From Candidatus Latescibacterota bacterium (GTDB taxonomy: Bacteria; Latescibacterota; UBA2968; UBA8231): a stretch of DNA of 64,000 nt. Where the stretch lies: NCBI GenBank assembly GCA_965206595.1, contig OZ242214.1:4640001-4704000 (forward strand), read 5' to 3'. Below the pieces are notes generated by a model. The model worked only from the letters and a program-made list of their open reading frames with translations, did no database searches and was not told the origin of the DNA. A program made the position numbers and the translations under genes. Below, in pieces: positions 35,027 to 44,404 of the stretch (its first letter is position 1; each line of letters starts with the position of its first letter).

Positions 35027-35509
35027 TCAGGTCGGATCGACGTCGTCGTTCCGTCCCATCCCGATGATTTGCTCAGCCTGGATCTCCCGCCTGCCTGCGT
35101 AGCCGCCGTCCAGCTCGTGCCAGAAGCCGACCTCCGGCTCGCCGCGCTGCCAGCATATGAAGACCCAGCGCCCTTCGAAGACCGTCGGAAAATCGATGAG
35201 CCCGCGATCAAGTCCACCCGGCGGGAAACGCATGCCACGCCCGAGAATCTCCCGCGACACGACCTCGTTCAGGTCGCGTATGAGCCCCTTGGCCGAGGCG
35301 GTGTGCCGTTCGTAGGCGGCGTGGTCGGGGTTGGTTTCGGCGGCGAGTCGCTCGCCCCACATCACTTCGAGGATTTCGATCTGCCTGCGGATGTCGAAAA
35401 GCTCCTGTTTTTTGCCGTCGAGCTGCTCGAAAACCGCGTTGAGGATCGGCAGCGAGGCATTGGCCTCCTCGACGGTGAACGGCCTGTGTCCGGGATCGTG
35501 TGTGGCCAT
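35027..35509 (-). CDS. DUF2203-family protein
   Basis: FTVEEANASLP, GLIDFP, ICWQRGEPEVGFWHELDGGYAGRR. Confidence 0.85.
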   Translation of the reverse strand: MATHDPGHRPFTVEEANASLPILNAVFEQLDGKKQELFDIRRQIEILEVMWGERLAAETNPDHAAYERHTASAKGLIRDLNEVVSREILGRGMRFPPGGLDRGLIDFPTVFEGRWVFICWQRGEPEVGFWHELDGGYAGRREIQAEQIIGMGRNDDVDPT

Positions 35510-35676
35510 GAGTCGGGGCTGGGGTTCGGGTTGCGGGGCGCGGGAGTATACCGAAGCGGCTGTACCCTTGCAATCCATGAATCGGCGTGGACCCCTGAAG
35601 CAGGTTTGCCCCACCATGGTCGATGGGGCATATTAGGGCGGTCTGGAGCGAGGAGGACTGCGAGGGCCAGCGGCGG

Positions 35677-35964
35677 ATGGCGGTAACGGAAGATGACGTC
35701 CGCAGGGTGGCGGACTTGGCACGGCTGCAACTCTCCCACGAGGAGAAAGTCCTCCTCACCGAAGAGCTCAACAGAATTCTCTCCTACATGGAGAAGCTCG
35801 ACGAACTCGACACCCGGGACGTCGAGCCCACCTCCCACGTCGTCCCTGTCAGCAACCCCTTGCGCGCGGACGAGGCGGAGGTATTCCCCAACCGCGGCGA
35901 AATTCTGGCGTTGGCTCCGGATGTCAAGAACGGCTATTTCAGGGTCCCGAAAATCATCGAGTAG
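35677..35964 (+). CDS. gatC: Asp/Glu-tRNA amidotransferase subunit C
   Basis: VADLARL, LDTRDVEPTSH, LRAD, GYFRVPKIIE. Confidence 0.93.
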   Translation: MAVTEDDVRRVADLARLQLSHEEKVLLTEELNRILSYMEKLDELDTRDVEPTSHVVPVSNPLRADEAEVFPNRGEILALAPDVKNGYFRVPKIIE

Positions 35965-35969
35965 GCTAT

Positions 35970-36002
35970 CGGCGGCAGCAGCGATGTCGCCGCTTCTTTT
36001 TT
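35970..36002 (+). terminator. Intrinsic terminator after gatC
   Basis: CGGCGGCA-loop-TGTCGCCG followed by CTTCTTTTTT. Confidence 0.6.
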
Positions 36003-36071
36003 GTGGTGGCCGGCCGATTTGTCGCCGGAAATTACTGGGCGTTGCAAAGCATTCCCGAGAAGGCAAACGCA

Positions 36072-37853
36072 GTGACAGGTGAGTACGGGGGGCCGAAGTT
36101 CGTCGTCGTCGCAGGGGGCGTGATGAGCGGGGTCGGCAAGGGCCTGACTACCGCGTCGATCGGGCGAATTCTCTCCGAGTACGGATACCGCACGACAGCG
36201 GTCAAGATCGACCCCTACATCAACTACGACGCCGGCACTCTGCGTCCGACCGAGCACGGCGAGGTCTGGGTTACCGACGACGGCGGCGAAATCGATCAGG
36301 ATCTCGGCAACTACGAGCGCTTTCTCGGACTCGACCTGCCGCGCCAGAACAACCTGACCACCGGCCAGATCTACCACAGCGTGATCGAACGCGAGCGGCG
36401 CGGCGACTACCTGGGGCATACGGTGCAGCCGATTCCCCACGTAACCGATGAAATTCAGCGCCGCATTCTCGATGCCGTCGAGGGGTACGACGTCGGCCTG
36501 ATCGAGATCGGGGGCACCGTCGGTGACTACGAGAATGAGCCGTTTCTGTTCGCTGCGAAGGCACTTGAGCGCGAAATCGGTGAGGAGCACTTCGTGTTCG
36601 CCCTCATCACCTACCTGCCGGTTCCTCAGCACGTCGGGGAGATGAAGACCAAGCCGACGCAACAGGCGATTCGTATGCTCAGCGAGCACGGGATATTCCC
36701 CGACTTCATCATCTGCCGGGCCGAGACCGGACTCGACGACGTGCGCAAGAAAAAGATCCAGGTCGGCGCCAACGTCCCGGCGGATCACATTATTTCCGCT
36801 CCGGATATGGCGACCATCTACGACATTCCACTGCGGCTCGAGGAAGAGAATCTCGGCGAGAAGCTGCTCGCAAAGCTCCAGCTCGAGCCGCGCCGGAAAC
36901 CGGACTGGTCGCATTGGCACCAGCTTCTGCGGCGCAGCAAGGAGCCGCGCAAGACGGTTCGGGTGGCCATGGTCGGCAAGTACGTCGAGATCGGAGACTA
37001 CCAACTGACCGACTCGTACATCTCGGTCAATCAATCGCTGCTGCACGCCGGCGTCGGCCTCGACGCGCGCGTCGACATCACCTGGGTGGACGGCAGGAGG
37101 TTCGAGACCGGCGAGAGGGAGCTGGAGGAACTCGAGGAGTTCAGCGGCATCATCGTCCCCGGGGCGTTCGGAGGAGGGGGGGCCGAAGGGGTGATCGCCG
37201 CCATCCGTTACGCCCGGGAACAGGACATTCCGTTCCTCGGGCTTTGTTACGGATTGCAGCTGGCCGTGATCGAATACGCCCGCAATGTCGCCGGCCTCGA
37301 GAAGGCGACTTCGGCAGAGTTCGAAGAGAATTCCCCATGGCAGGTCGTCTGCGTTCAGGAGACGCAGAAACAGGTGCTCGAGGAGAGCCGCTACGGCGCC
37401 AGCATGCGGCTGGGGGCGTACGCCGCGGTGCTCAGAAAAAACAGCCGTGTGCTTCAGCTCTACGAAGAGTCGGGGCGCCTGTGCGAAGACCGGGAGCGCA
37501 TCGAGCAGCTGCTGGCGATGCCGGATCAGGCCTTCCGCGTCGGCCAGGTCATGCTCGACCGCGACAAGGTCGTACTCGAACGCCACCGCCACCGCTACGA
37601 GGTTTCGCCGCGGTTCGTCGAGCTCCTCGAGGAGGAGGGCCTGGTTTTCTCGGGGCACCACCGCAGGGTGGACGGGACCCGGCTGATGGAGTTCATCGAG
37701 CTCCCCGGTCACCGGCTTTTCGTCGCCACCCAGGCTCACCCCGAGTTCAAGTCACGCATGGATAACCCCGCCCCGCTGTTCTCCGGTTTCGTCGGCGCCG
37801 CTCTCGCCTTCCAGCAGGAGCGGCTGTCGAATGCGAAGGCAGTCGCTTTGTAA
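36072..37853 (+). CDS. pyrG: CTP synthase
   Basis: GGVMSGVGKG, KIDPYIN, KTKPTQ, GLCYGLQ (catalytic Cys), ERHRHRYEV, QAHPEF; GTG start inferred. Confidence 0.95.
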   Translation: MTGEYGGPKFVVVAGGVMSGVGKGLTTASIGRILSEYGYRTTAVKIDPYINYDAGTLRPTEHGEVWVTDDGGEIDQDLGNYERFLGLDLPRQNNLTTGQIYHSVIERERRGDYLGHTVQPIPHVTDEIQRRILDAVEGYDVGLIEIGGTVGDYENEPFLFAAKALEREIGEEHFVFALITYLPVPQHVGEMKTKPTQQAIRMLSEHGIFPDFIICRAETGLDDVRKKKIQVGANVPADHIISAPDMATIYDIPLRLEEENLGEKLLAKLQLEPRRKPDWSHWHQLLRRSKEPRKTVRVAMVGKYVEIGDYQLTDSYISVNQSLLHAGVGLDARVDITWVDGRRFETGERELEELEEFSGIIVPGAFGGGGAEGVIAAIRYAREQDIPFLGLCYGLQLAVIEYARNVAGLEKATSAEFEENSPWQVVCVQETQKQVLEESRYGASMRLGAYAAVLRKNSRVLQLYEESGRLCEDRERIEQLLAMPDQAFRVGQVMLDRDKVVLERHRHRYEVSPRFVELLEEEGLVFSGHHRRVDGTRLMEFIELPGHRLFVATQAHPEFKSRMDNPAPLFSGFVGAALAFQQERLSNAKAVAL

Positions 37854-37854
37854 G

Positions 37855-39816
37855 GTGAACCCGCCAGGAAGCGGCGCAGTCGGAACGGCTGCGCCGCTTC
37901 CTGGCGGCGTTTTCACGCCCCTCCGCAAGCTGCTCCATTACTCTGTATTCCCGCTCGCCTTCGCCGCTTCGAGCTGCGCGGCTCCCGAGAGTGACTCCCC
38001 GGTCCCGACCCCTCCGGAGGCTGACCGGGAGACCTGGGGCGCATCCCTGCAGCTGCGCGGGCCCGGCGGCGATGCCTTGATCCGGGCCTCCTACCTGCAG
38101 GACTTCAGCGAGCGGCAGACGGCCGTTGCCCGGGACGGCGTCGAGATCGCCTTCTCCGATTCCAGCCGGCCGCTATCCACCTCGGGTCTGGCAGCGGAGC
38201 GGCTCACCATCGACTACCGCGCCTCCCGCCTCGGGATGGGGGGCGACGTGATCGTCCGCGCTGCGGGTGCCGGGGGCGATAGCTTGAGCCTGCGCGCCGA
38301 CACCCTGGAGTGGGTCCAGGCAGCGGGTGAGCTGAATGTACACGGTACCGCGTCCCTGACCTCGGCGTCGGGAGGAACCCGGGGAAGGGACGTGGTTGCC
38401 AGGTTCGACCTTTCTCAATGGTCGCTGAGCGACGTCGAAAGCAGGTGGGTGCACCGGCGGCCTTCGGGCGAGGAATTCGAGGTGGCTTTGTCGGCTGCCA
38501 GGGAAACCGGGTCGAGGGGGGAACGAGGTGTCCTCGCGGAGTACGAGAAGCCCCGGATCCGTTTCGAAGGTCGCCGGCTGCAGAGCGGCCGCGGGACTTG
38601 GGAGGAGAATCGGGGGCGCCTGCGCCTCGAGGAAGAGGTCGTGGTAAGGGATTCGTTCCGCACCCTGCGCGCCGGGGAAATCGACATCGAGCTCGACAGC
38701 GGCAACAGCATTGCCCGCGGAGCCGTCGTCGTCGAGCAGGATTCCACCCGCCTGACCGCGGCCGAACTCGCCGACTTCGATGGTGGACGCCGCTGGAAAG
38801 CGACCGGTCAGCCCCTGGAACTGCGGGATGGGGGGCGCAGCCTGTCGGCAACTCACCTGATTCATCGCCGCGAAGAGGACAGTTTCCTCGCGACAGGCCG
38901 GCCGCGCTTCGCCGCAGGAGAAGACACCCTTTACGCGGACAGCCTCGACTTCCGGCGAACCGGCGAGCACCTGACCGCGGCGGTTTCGGTTCGGCTGTCG
39001 ACGGGTTTCGGCGCCACCGTAACCGCGGCGAGGGCGGACCTCGATCTGTCCCGGGAGCTGATTATTCTTGAGGGGGGCCCGCGGTTCTCGCAGGCGAGGG
39101 AGAGTTCCCTCGAAGTCGCCGCGGCGAGTATGTCGATCGACCTCGGGGCGCGCAGCCTTTCCGGAGAGGGTCGGTTTCGCATCGGCACCGACGGCGTGCA
39201 CCTGAGCTCCAGCCGCGGCGCTTACGACGCAGGCACCGACACCGCCGTCCTCGGGGGACAGGTCCGTATGGAGATCCTTGGCCAGAGGAACGCCGCGACG
39301 ATGACGGCGGATTCCGTGCGCGTCGCCATCGGCGACATGGGTGTCGGTGCGATCGAGGTTCCCGCTCCCCTGGCAGGATCGATCTCGGCCGATGGCGAGA
39401 CCGGCAGTTGGCTCCAGGCCGGAAGCGGCATCCTGGAGCTGGAGAGCGGCCGCCTGACGCGGGTGCAACTAGCCGGAGAGGCCGATGTAACCCATGTCGA
39501 TGCGGGGTCGCGCGATGCCAGCCGTTTCCGCTCCGACAGCATGGTTCTCGATTTCGACTCGACAGCTGTCCTCAGGCAGGTGTCGGCGCGGGGAAACGCC
39601 CTGGTCAGGACGCGCCTGGGAGATCGGAGCGAGAACGGCCTAGCCGGGGGAATCGACAGCAATGAGCCGGATGCCTCCACCCAAGGGGACGGCGCCATGA
39701 ACGAGGTGAGCGGCGAGCAGTTGGAGATCTTTCTCGACAGCACCGGCGCCGTAGCGGAGGTCAGGATCAGCGGCGCTGTCGACGGCCGTTACGCACCTTT
39801 CGCGGAGGAGAAGTAA
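37855..39816 (+). CDS. Long LptC/LptA(OstA)-like beta-jellyroll protein, probable lipoprotein
   Basis: Hydrophobic leader ending FAASSC; repeated units such as LRADTLEW, LYADSLDF, MTADSV, FRSDSM, VSGEQLEIFL; sits between pyrG and lptB. GTG start follows the pyrG TAA (TAAGGTG, same junction as at lptB). Confidence 0.7.
   Translation: MNPPGSGAVGTAAPLPGGVFTPLRKLLHYSVFPLAFAASSCAAPESDSPVPTPPEADRETWGASLQLRGPGGDALIRASYLQDFSERQTAVARDGVEIAFSDSSRPLSTSGLAAERLTIDYRASRLGMGGDVIVRAAGAGGDSLSLRADTLEWVQAAGELNVHGTASLTSASGGTRGRDVVARFDLSQWSLSDVESRWVHRRPSGEEFEVALSAARETGSRGERGVLAEYEKPRIRFEGRRLQSGRGTWEENRGRLRLEEEVVVRDSFRTLRAGEIDIELDSGNSIARGAVVVEQDSTRLTAAELADFDGGRRWKATGQPLELRDGGRSLSATHLIHRREEDSFLATGRPRFAAGEDTLYADSLDFRRTGEHLTAAVSVRLSTGFGATVTAARADLDLSRELIILEGGPRFSQARESSLEVAAASMSIDLGARSLSGEGRFRIGTDGVHLSSSRGAYDAGTDTAVLGGQVRMEILGQRNAATMTADSVRVAIGDMGVGAIEVPAPLAGSISADGETGSWLQAGSGILELESGRLTRVQLAGEADVTHVDAGSRDASRFRSDSMVLDFDSTAVLRQVSARGNALVRTRLGDRSENGLAGGIDSNEPDASTQGDGAMNEVSGEQLEIFLDSTGAVAEVRISGAVDGRYAPFAEEK
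37861..37907. repeat. 22-bp inverted repeat
   Basis: CCGCCAGGAAGCGGCGCAGTCG-GAA-CGGCTGCGCCGCTTCCTGGCGG (one G-U pair on the plus strand). Confidence 0.85.
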
Positions 39817-39817
39817 G

Positions 39818-40555
39818 GTGCCGCTGCGCATCGATCATCTGGTGAAACAGTACGGCCGCCGGCGGGTAGTGGACGACGTGAGCCTGCTCGTCGAAGCGGG
39901 TGAGATCGTCGGCCTTCTCGGCCCGAACGGCGCCGGCAAGACGACCACTTTCTACAGCATTGTCGGTTTCGTGCGTCCCGACGGGGGCTCCATCACCCTC
40001 GACGGCGACGACATCACCGATCTGCCGATGTACCGGCGCGCCCGCCGCGGCATCGGCTTTTTGCCTCAGGAAACCTCGATTTTCCGCGGCCTGACGGTAG
40101 CCGACAACATCACCGCGGTGATGCAGGCGCGCGGGGTCTCGGCTGTGGCCAACAAGGATCGCCTCGGTGAGCTTCTGGATGAGCTCCACCTGACGGCGAG
40201 AGCCCATCAGCGCGCCGACACCCTTTCGGGAGGGGAAACGCGGAGGGTGGAGATCGCCCGCGCCCTGGCCACTGAACCGCGCTACATCCTGCTCGACGAG
40301 CCGTTCACCGGTATCGACCCGCGCACCGTCGAGGACATCCAGGCGATCATCGCCGGACTGCGGAACAAGGGGCTGAGCATCCTGATAACCGATCACAACG
40401 TGCGCGAAACGCTGCGCATCACGAACCGCGCCTACATCATGGTCGACGGGCGCATTCTCGCCTCCGGCTCCGCTCGCGAACTGACCTCTCACGAGCAGGT
40501 TCGCCGCCGTTACCTGGGGGAACGTTTCGAGATGGACTGGCGAGCGGAAGAGTAA
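39818..40555 (+). CDS. lptB: LPS export ABC ATPase
   Basis: [42 protein letters not shown]; upstream of rpoN. Confidence 0.95.
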   Translation: MPLRIDHLVKQYGRRRVVDDVSLLVEAGEIVGLLGPNGAGKTTTFYSIVGFVRPDGGSITLDGDDITDLPMYRRARRGIGFLPQETSIFRGLTVADNITAVMQARGVSAVANKDRLGELLDELHLTARAHQRADTLSGGETRRVEIARALATEPRYILLDEPFTGIDPRTVEDIQAIIAGLRNKGLSILITDHNVRETLRITNRAYIMVDGRILASGSARELTSHEQVRRRYLGERFEMDWRAEE

Positions 40556-40566
40556 CCAGCCTGCAA

Positions 40567-40617
40567 AGCAAATGCCGTACCCCGCTGCTTGACACTGCCC
40601 CGGAACCCGAATATATT
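40567..40617. promoter_or_regulatory. rpoN sigma70 promoter with an adjacent inverted sigma54 site
   Basis: Plus strand TTGACA (40589)-17 nt-TATATT (40612); minus strand GGGTACGGCATTTGCT (40567-40582), GG-N10-GC. Confidence 0.7.
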
Positions 40618-40694
40618 AGTGGGCGAAATGTCCCTAACTTACTTCAGGACTTTCAGTTATCTCGTTTTTCCACCTCTGGCAATCGCATCGGGAA

Positions 40695-42161
40695 ATGCTG
40701 GGTTTTTCGCACAATCTGAGCCTCCAGCAACGGATGGCTCCCCAACTCATCCAGTCGCTTCAGCTGTTGCAGATGTCGACCCTCGATCTCGAGCTCGAGA
40801 TTCAGCAACAGATGGAGATCAATCCACTCCTCGAAGACACGCTGGAAATCGAGGAGGAGACGGATGAGGGAGCAATAGCGGAAGAGGGCCTGAAAGAGGA
40901 AGCGGAGCTGCCCGGAGGCTCCGACGAAGTAGACTTCGACGCCCTCCTCGGAGATTCCTTCGAACGGAATTCATACAACAACGAGGCCAGCGAGTACGAC
41001 CCCGACTGGGAACAGGACCGCGAGCCGCGGGAGAACCGCATCACGACGGTGCCGCCGCTGCTCGATCAGTTGCTCGAGCAATTGACGGTCGCAGAACTGG
41101 AAGGCCGCGACGTCGAGATCGCCGAGTTCATCATCGGCAACATCGACGACCGCGGGTACCTCACCTGCGCGGCCTCCGAGATCGCCGAGGATATTCAGGT
41201 ACCCGAAGCGGAGGTCGAGCGCGTCCTGGGGGTGATCCAGGGTTTCGAGCCGCCCGGAATCGGTGCCCGGGACCTGCGCGAATGCCTGCTGATTCAGCTC
41301 GAACAGCGCCGCGGAGAAAAGGGCGCCGAGGTGGCCCTGAAAATGGTCCGCGAACACATGGAGGACCTGAGCAATCGCCGCTTTTCCCGCATCCTCAAGG
41401 GGCTCGACATATCCAACGACGACCTGAGAACCGCGATGGAGCTCGTCGAAAAACTGCACCCCGCGCCGGGGGTCCTCACGGGGACGAGCGACTATTCCGG
41501 GCTGTTGACCCTCAACACCGACGATCCCTACGTGATCCCGGACCTGATTGTCGAAAAGTCGGGCGGGGACTGGGTTGTCAGTCTCACCGACGGCAACCTG
41601 CCCTCACTGCGGATCAACAGTTCGTACGCCGGACTGCTCGGAAGCGGCAGGAGCCAGGCCAAGGACGAGCTGCGTACCTACGTATCCAGGAAGCTGAACG
41701 ATGCGCGCTGGCTGATAAACGCCATCAACCAGAGGCGGGCGACGATGCTCAAAGTCGCCGAATACATCGTGCGCGCCCAGCTGCCGTTCTTCGAGAGCGG
41801 ACCGGGCCATCTCAAGCCGATGGTCCTGCAGGACGCGGCCGACGCGGTGGAGATGCATGTGTCGACCATCAGCCGGGTCAGCAACGGCAAGTACATGCAG
41901 ACCCCCCAGGGCGTGTTCGAGCTCAAGTACTTCTTCGACGGAAGGGTGCACCGCGAAGACGGCGAGGACGTGTCGGCGCGCAGCGTCAAGGAAAAGATCG
42001 CGGCCCTGATCGACGAAGAGGACAAGGCCGAACCGTTGAGCGATCAGGAGATCGCCGACAAGCTCGCCGGCGAGGGATTGCAGATCGCCCGACGGACAGT
42101 GGCGAAGTACCGCGATCAACTCGGAATCAATCCGCAGCGCTACCGCAAGAAGGCTTTCTGA
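40695..42161 (+). CDS. rpoN: RNA polymerase sigma-54 factor
   Basis: PQLIQSLQLLQ, HVSTISR, RpoN box ARRTVAKYR. Confidence 0.97.
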   Translation: MLGFSHNLSLQQRMAPQLIQSLQLLQMSTLDLELEIQQQMEINPLLEDTLEIEEETDEGAIAEEGLKEEAELPGGSDEVDFDALLGDSFERNSYNNEASEYDPDWEQDREPRENRITTVPPLLDQLLEQLTVAELEGRDVEIAEFIIGNIDDRGYLTCAASEIAEDIQVPEAEVERVLGVIQGFEPPGIGARDLRECLLIQLEQRRGEKGAEVALKMVREHMEDLSNRRFSRILKGLDISNDDLRTAMELVEKLHPAPGVLTGTSDYSGLLTLNTDDPYVIPDLIVEKSGGDWVVSLTDGNLPSLRINSSYAGLLGSGRSQAKDELRTYVSRKLNDARWLINAINQRRATMLKVAEYIVRAQLPFFESGPGHLKPMVLQDAADAVEMHVSTISRVSNGKYMQTPQGVFELKYFFDGRVHREDGEDVSARSVKEKIAALIDEEDKAEPLSDQEIADKLAGEGLQIARRTVAKYRDQLGINPQRYRKKAF

Positions 42162-42189
42162 AGGGACCCCGGCGAATCGCGACAGCTGC

Positions 42190-42756
42190 CTAACCTGCGA
42201 GGGCGGCGCGCAGCCGCTGGGCCCGTTCCCGAATCGGCCGGCTCGGCCTCGGCACCGGCTCCACGGCGGGCTCGATTTTCCACACGAACACCGCCGGCCC
42301 TTCGGCGGTGAAGTGCAAGGGCAGCTTGGCGTCGAAATCGGTCTCGTCTGCTAGGGTGTGGACCTGCGTCAATCCGGCACCGCGCGCGATCGCCTCGTAG
42401 TCGACGGTTCCCGCCCCGGGCACCGGCTGGTTTCCGGTGACTTCGTAGGTTCCGTTCTCGGTTATCACCAAGGTGTAGTTCGGAGCCGGCTGTTGCGACA
42501 GCGTCACCAGGGTTCCTAGGCACATCAGGGTGCTGCCGTCGCCGTTGAGCGCGATCACTCGGCGCCGGGGCTGGGCGATGGCCAGTCCGTAGGCGAAGTC
42601 CGCGGCGTGCCCCATGGCGCTGTCCACGGAGGCGAAGTCGAGCGGACCGCCGGAAATACCGGCCCAGGGAGAAGCGACGGACATGGTAGTCACGACCACG
42701 TCCCCGGGACCGCGGCGTGCCGCAAGCTTTTTCAGGCATTCGTACTTGTCGAGCAT
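42190..42756 (-). CDS. TPP-dependent decarboxylase beta subunit (sulfopyruvate/phosphonopyruvate decarboxylase-like)
   Basis: SAMGH, TPP motif GDGSTLM...ENGTYEVTG; start at MLDKYE. Confidence 0.82.
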   Translation of the reverse strand: MLDKYECLKKLAARRGPGDVVVTTMSVASPWAGISGGPLDFASVDSAMGHAADFAYGLAIAQPRRRVIALNGDGSTLMCLGTLVTLSQQPAPNYTLVITENGTYEVTGNQPVPGAGTVDYEAIARGAGLTQVHTLADETDFDAKLPLHFTAEGPAVFVWKIEPAVEPVPRPSRPIRERAQRLRAALAG

Positions 42757-42767
42757 GGTACGCGGCC

Positions 42768-43265
42768 TTATCCGGTGTCGGTGCCGAGAAGGACGGCGGC
42801 CGGCATAGAGGTCGACTCGGCCTGGGAGAAAGCAGAGCGCAACTGCGGCTCGACTTCGGAGTCTTCGAACAGGACGGAGTAGGGTATGTTCCAGGCTTTG
42901 AGAGTCGGCTCGAAAAAGGTCGCGGCCGTATCGACCCGCTCCGCCCCGGGAGTCATGGTCCCGTAGCCCCGGTACCCGATGGTCATCACCAAGGGAATTT
43001 CCATGTTGTACGCCGTGCCCCGAAAGGCGTCGCCGGTTTCGAGAAACCCGGTGTTCTGGATGGCGACGAGGGGTTTGCGGCCACCGAGGTAGAGACCGGA
43101 TGCCAGCGCAAACGCCTCCCCCTCGCGGCTGACGTTGATGACGTCGATCGCCGGCTCTTCCCACAGGGCTTCGAACAACGCCCGGGATCCGTTGTCCGGC
43201 AGACCGACGACGTGAGTCACCCCGTGAAATTTGATCTGGTTCAGAAGCAGCGCGGCGCTGAGCAT
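42768..43265 (-). CDS. TPP-dependent decarboxylase alpha subunit (ComD-like)
   Basis: GLPDN, VSREGEAFALASG, IQNTG, IGYRG; alternative TTG start at 43349 overlapping the birA stop. Confidence 0.82.
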   Translation of the reverse strand: MLSAALLLNQIKFHGVTHVVGLPDNGSRALFEALWEEPAIDVINVSREGEAFALASGLYLGGRKPLVAIQNTGFLETGDAFRGTAYNMEIPLVMTIGYRGYGTMTPGAERVDTAATFFEPTLKAWNIPYSVLFEDSEVEPQLRSAFSQAESTSMPAAVLLGTDTG

Positions 43266-43345
43266 CTTCCTTCTTTCGCCAAGTGGGGCCTGCGGGGATG
43301 AGACGGCCGGCGGGGCAGCACAAACTACCGGGGCGCCGTTCGCCG

Positions 43346-44332
43346 TCAAGCGGCGTGGGCGGCCGAAGTCACGTCGCCGCTGAGCAGGCGATGACGGGCG
43401 CCGTCGTCAGTTTCGAGCACGAGGCTGCCGTCGGCGTGGAGATCGGTCGCCGTTCCCGTCACACTTCCCGCTTCCGTCGAAACCGTGACCCGGCGCCCTA
43501 TGGTGATCGACAGCTGCCGCATCCGCTCCACCGATTCTTCGGGACCGGCCTCGGAGGCGCGTCCGTATTCCACTTCGAGCTCCCTCAGAATCTGTTTGAG
43601 GAGCTGGTTGCGATTCCAGAATCGACCGCTTAACTGGCGCAGGGACACCGCAAGAGGCAGGTCCGCGGGAAACCGCTCCTGGTTGACGTTCAGACCTACG
43701 CCGGCAATCCCCGCCCGGTTGCGCAGCTCGCACAGCACCCCTCCCAGCTTGCGTATCCCCGAATCCTCGCTTTCCGGGGAGGGAACCCCGGCGACTACAA
43801 GGTCGTTGGGCCATTTTAACCGGACCGGGATTCCGCAGTGCCGGATCAGGGCTCTCGCGACAGCCCCGGCTACCAGCAGGCTGTGCGCGATCGTCGGAGC
43901 GGCTGGAGGCAGGATCAGGGAAAACAGGAGACTGCTTCCGGGTTCGGCCAGCCACCGGCGGCCGCGGCGCCCCCGTCCCCGGGACTGCGATTCGGCGGTG
44001 ACGACAGTGCCGGCCGGGAGGGTGGCGGCGAGTTCCGCGGCGGCGTCGTTCGTCGAGGCAACGCGGTCCACCACCACTGCGCGGCACCCGAAGGTCCCGG
44101 TTCCTAGACGATGGCGAATCTCCACCGAGGCCAGCCGCTCCGGAATTTCGGTAAGTCGCATGCCCAGTCCGGGATCGGCGGCCACCATTACACCCGTCTT
44201 TCCCAGGGTTTCGAGCATGCCCTCGAGCTCCCTTGGAGTACAGGCCAGGCGAGCGCGGATATCATCGGCAGGGCAGTACTCGCCGGGACGGTTGCGCAGC
44301 AGATCGTACAGCTTTTGTGAATCGGCGCTCAT
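43346..44332 (-). CDS. birA: Biotin-protein ligase with N-terminal winged-helix-like extension
   Basis: STND, QSRGRGRRGRRW, KWPND, KLGGVL, GVGLNVN, SGDV. Confidence 0.92.
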   Translation of the reverse strand: MSADSQKLYDLLRNRPGEYCPADDIRARLACTPRELEGMLETLGKTGVMVAADPGLGMRLTEIPERLASVEIRHRLGTGTFGCRAVVVDRVASTNDAAAELAATLPAGTVVTAESQSRGRGRRGRRWLAEPGSSLLFSLILPPAAPTIAHSLLVAGAVARALIRHCGIPVRLKWPNDLVVAGVPSPESEDSGIRKLGGVLCELRNRAGIAGVGLNVNQERFPADLPLAVSLRQLSGRFWNRNQLLKQILRELEVEYGRASEAGPEESVERMRQLSITIGRRVTVSTEAGSVTGTATDLHADGSLVLETDDGARHRLLSGDVTSAAHAA

Positions 44333-44404
44333 CCCGACTGCTCGATGCGTTTCCGGGCCCCGGAGCGTGGACGGGCATCCGCAAGGGGTTTACAATTCGC
44401 CGGC

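Noticed and set aside
35970-36071. pyrG attenuator of the Bacillus reiterative-transcription type
   Set aside because: The hairpin begins 5 nt after the gatC stop, leaving no room for a leader; a simple gatC terminator explains it.
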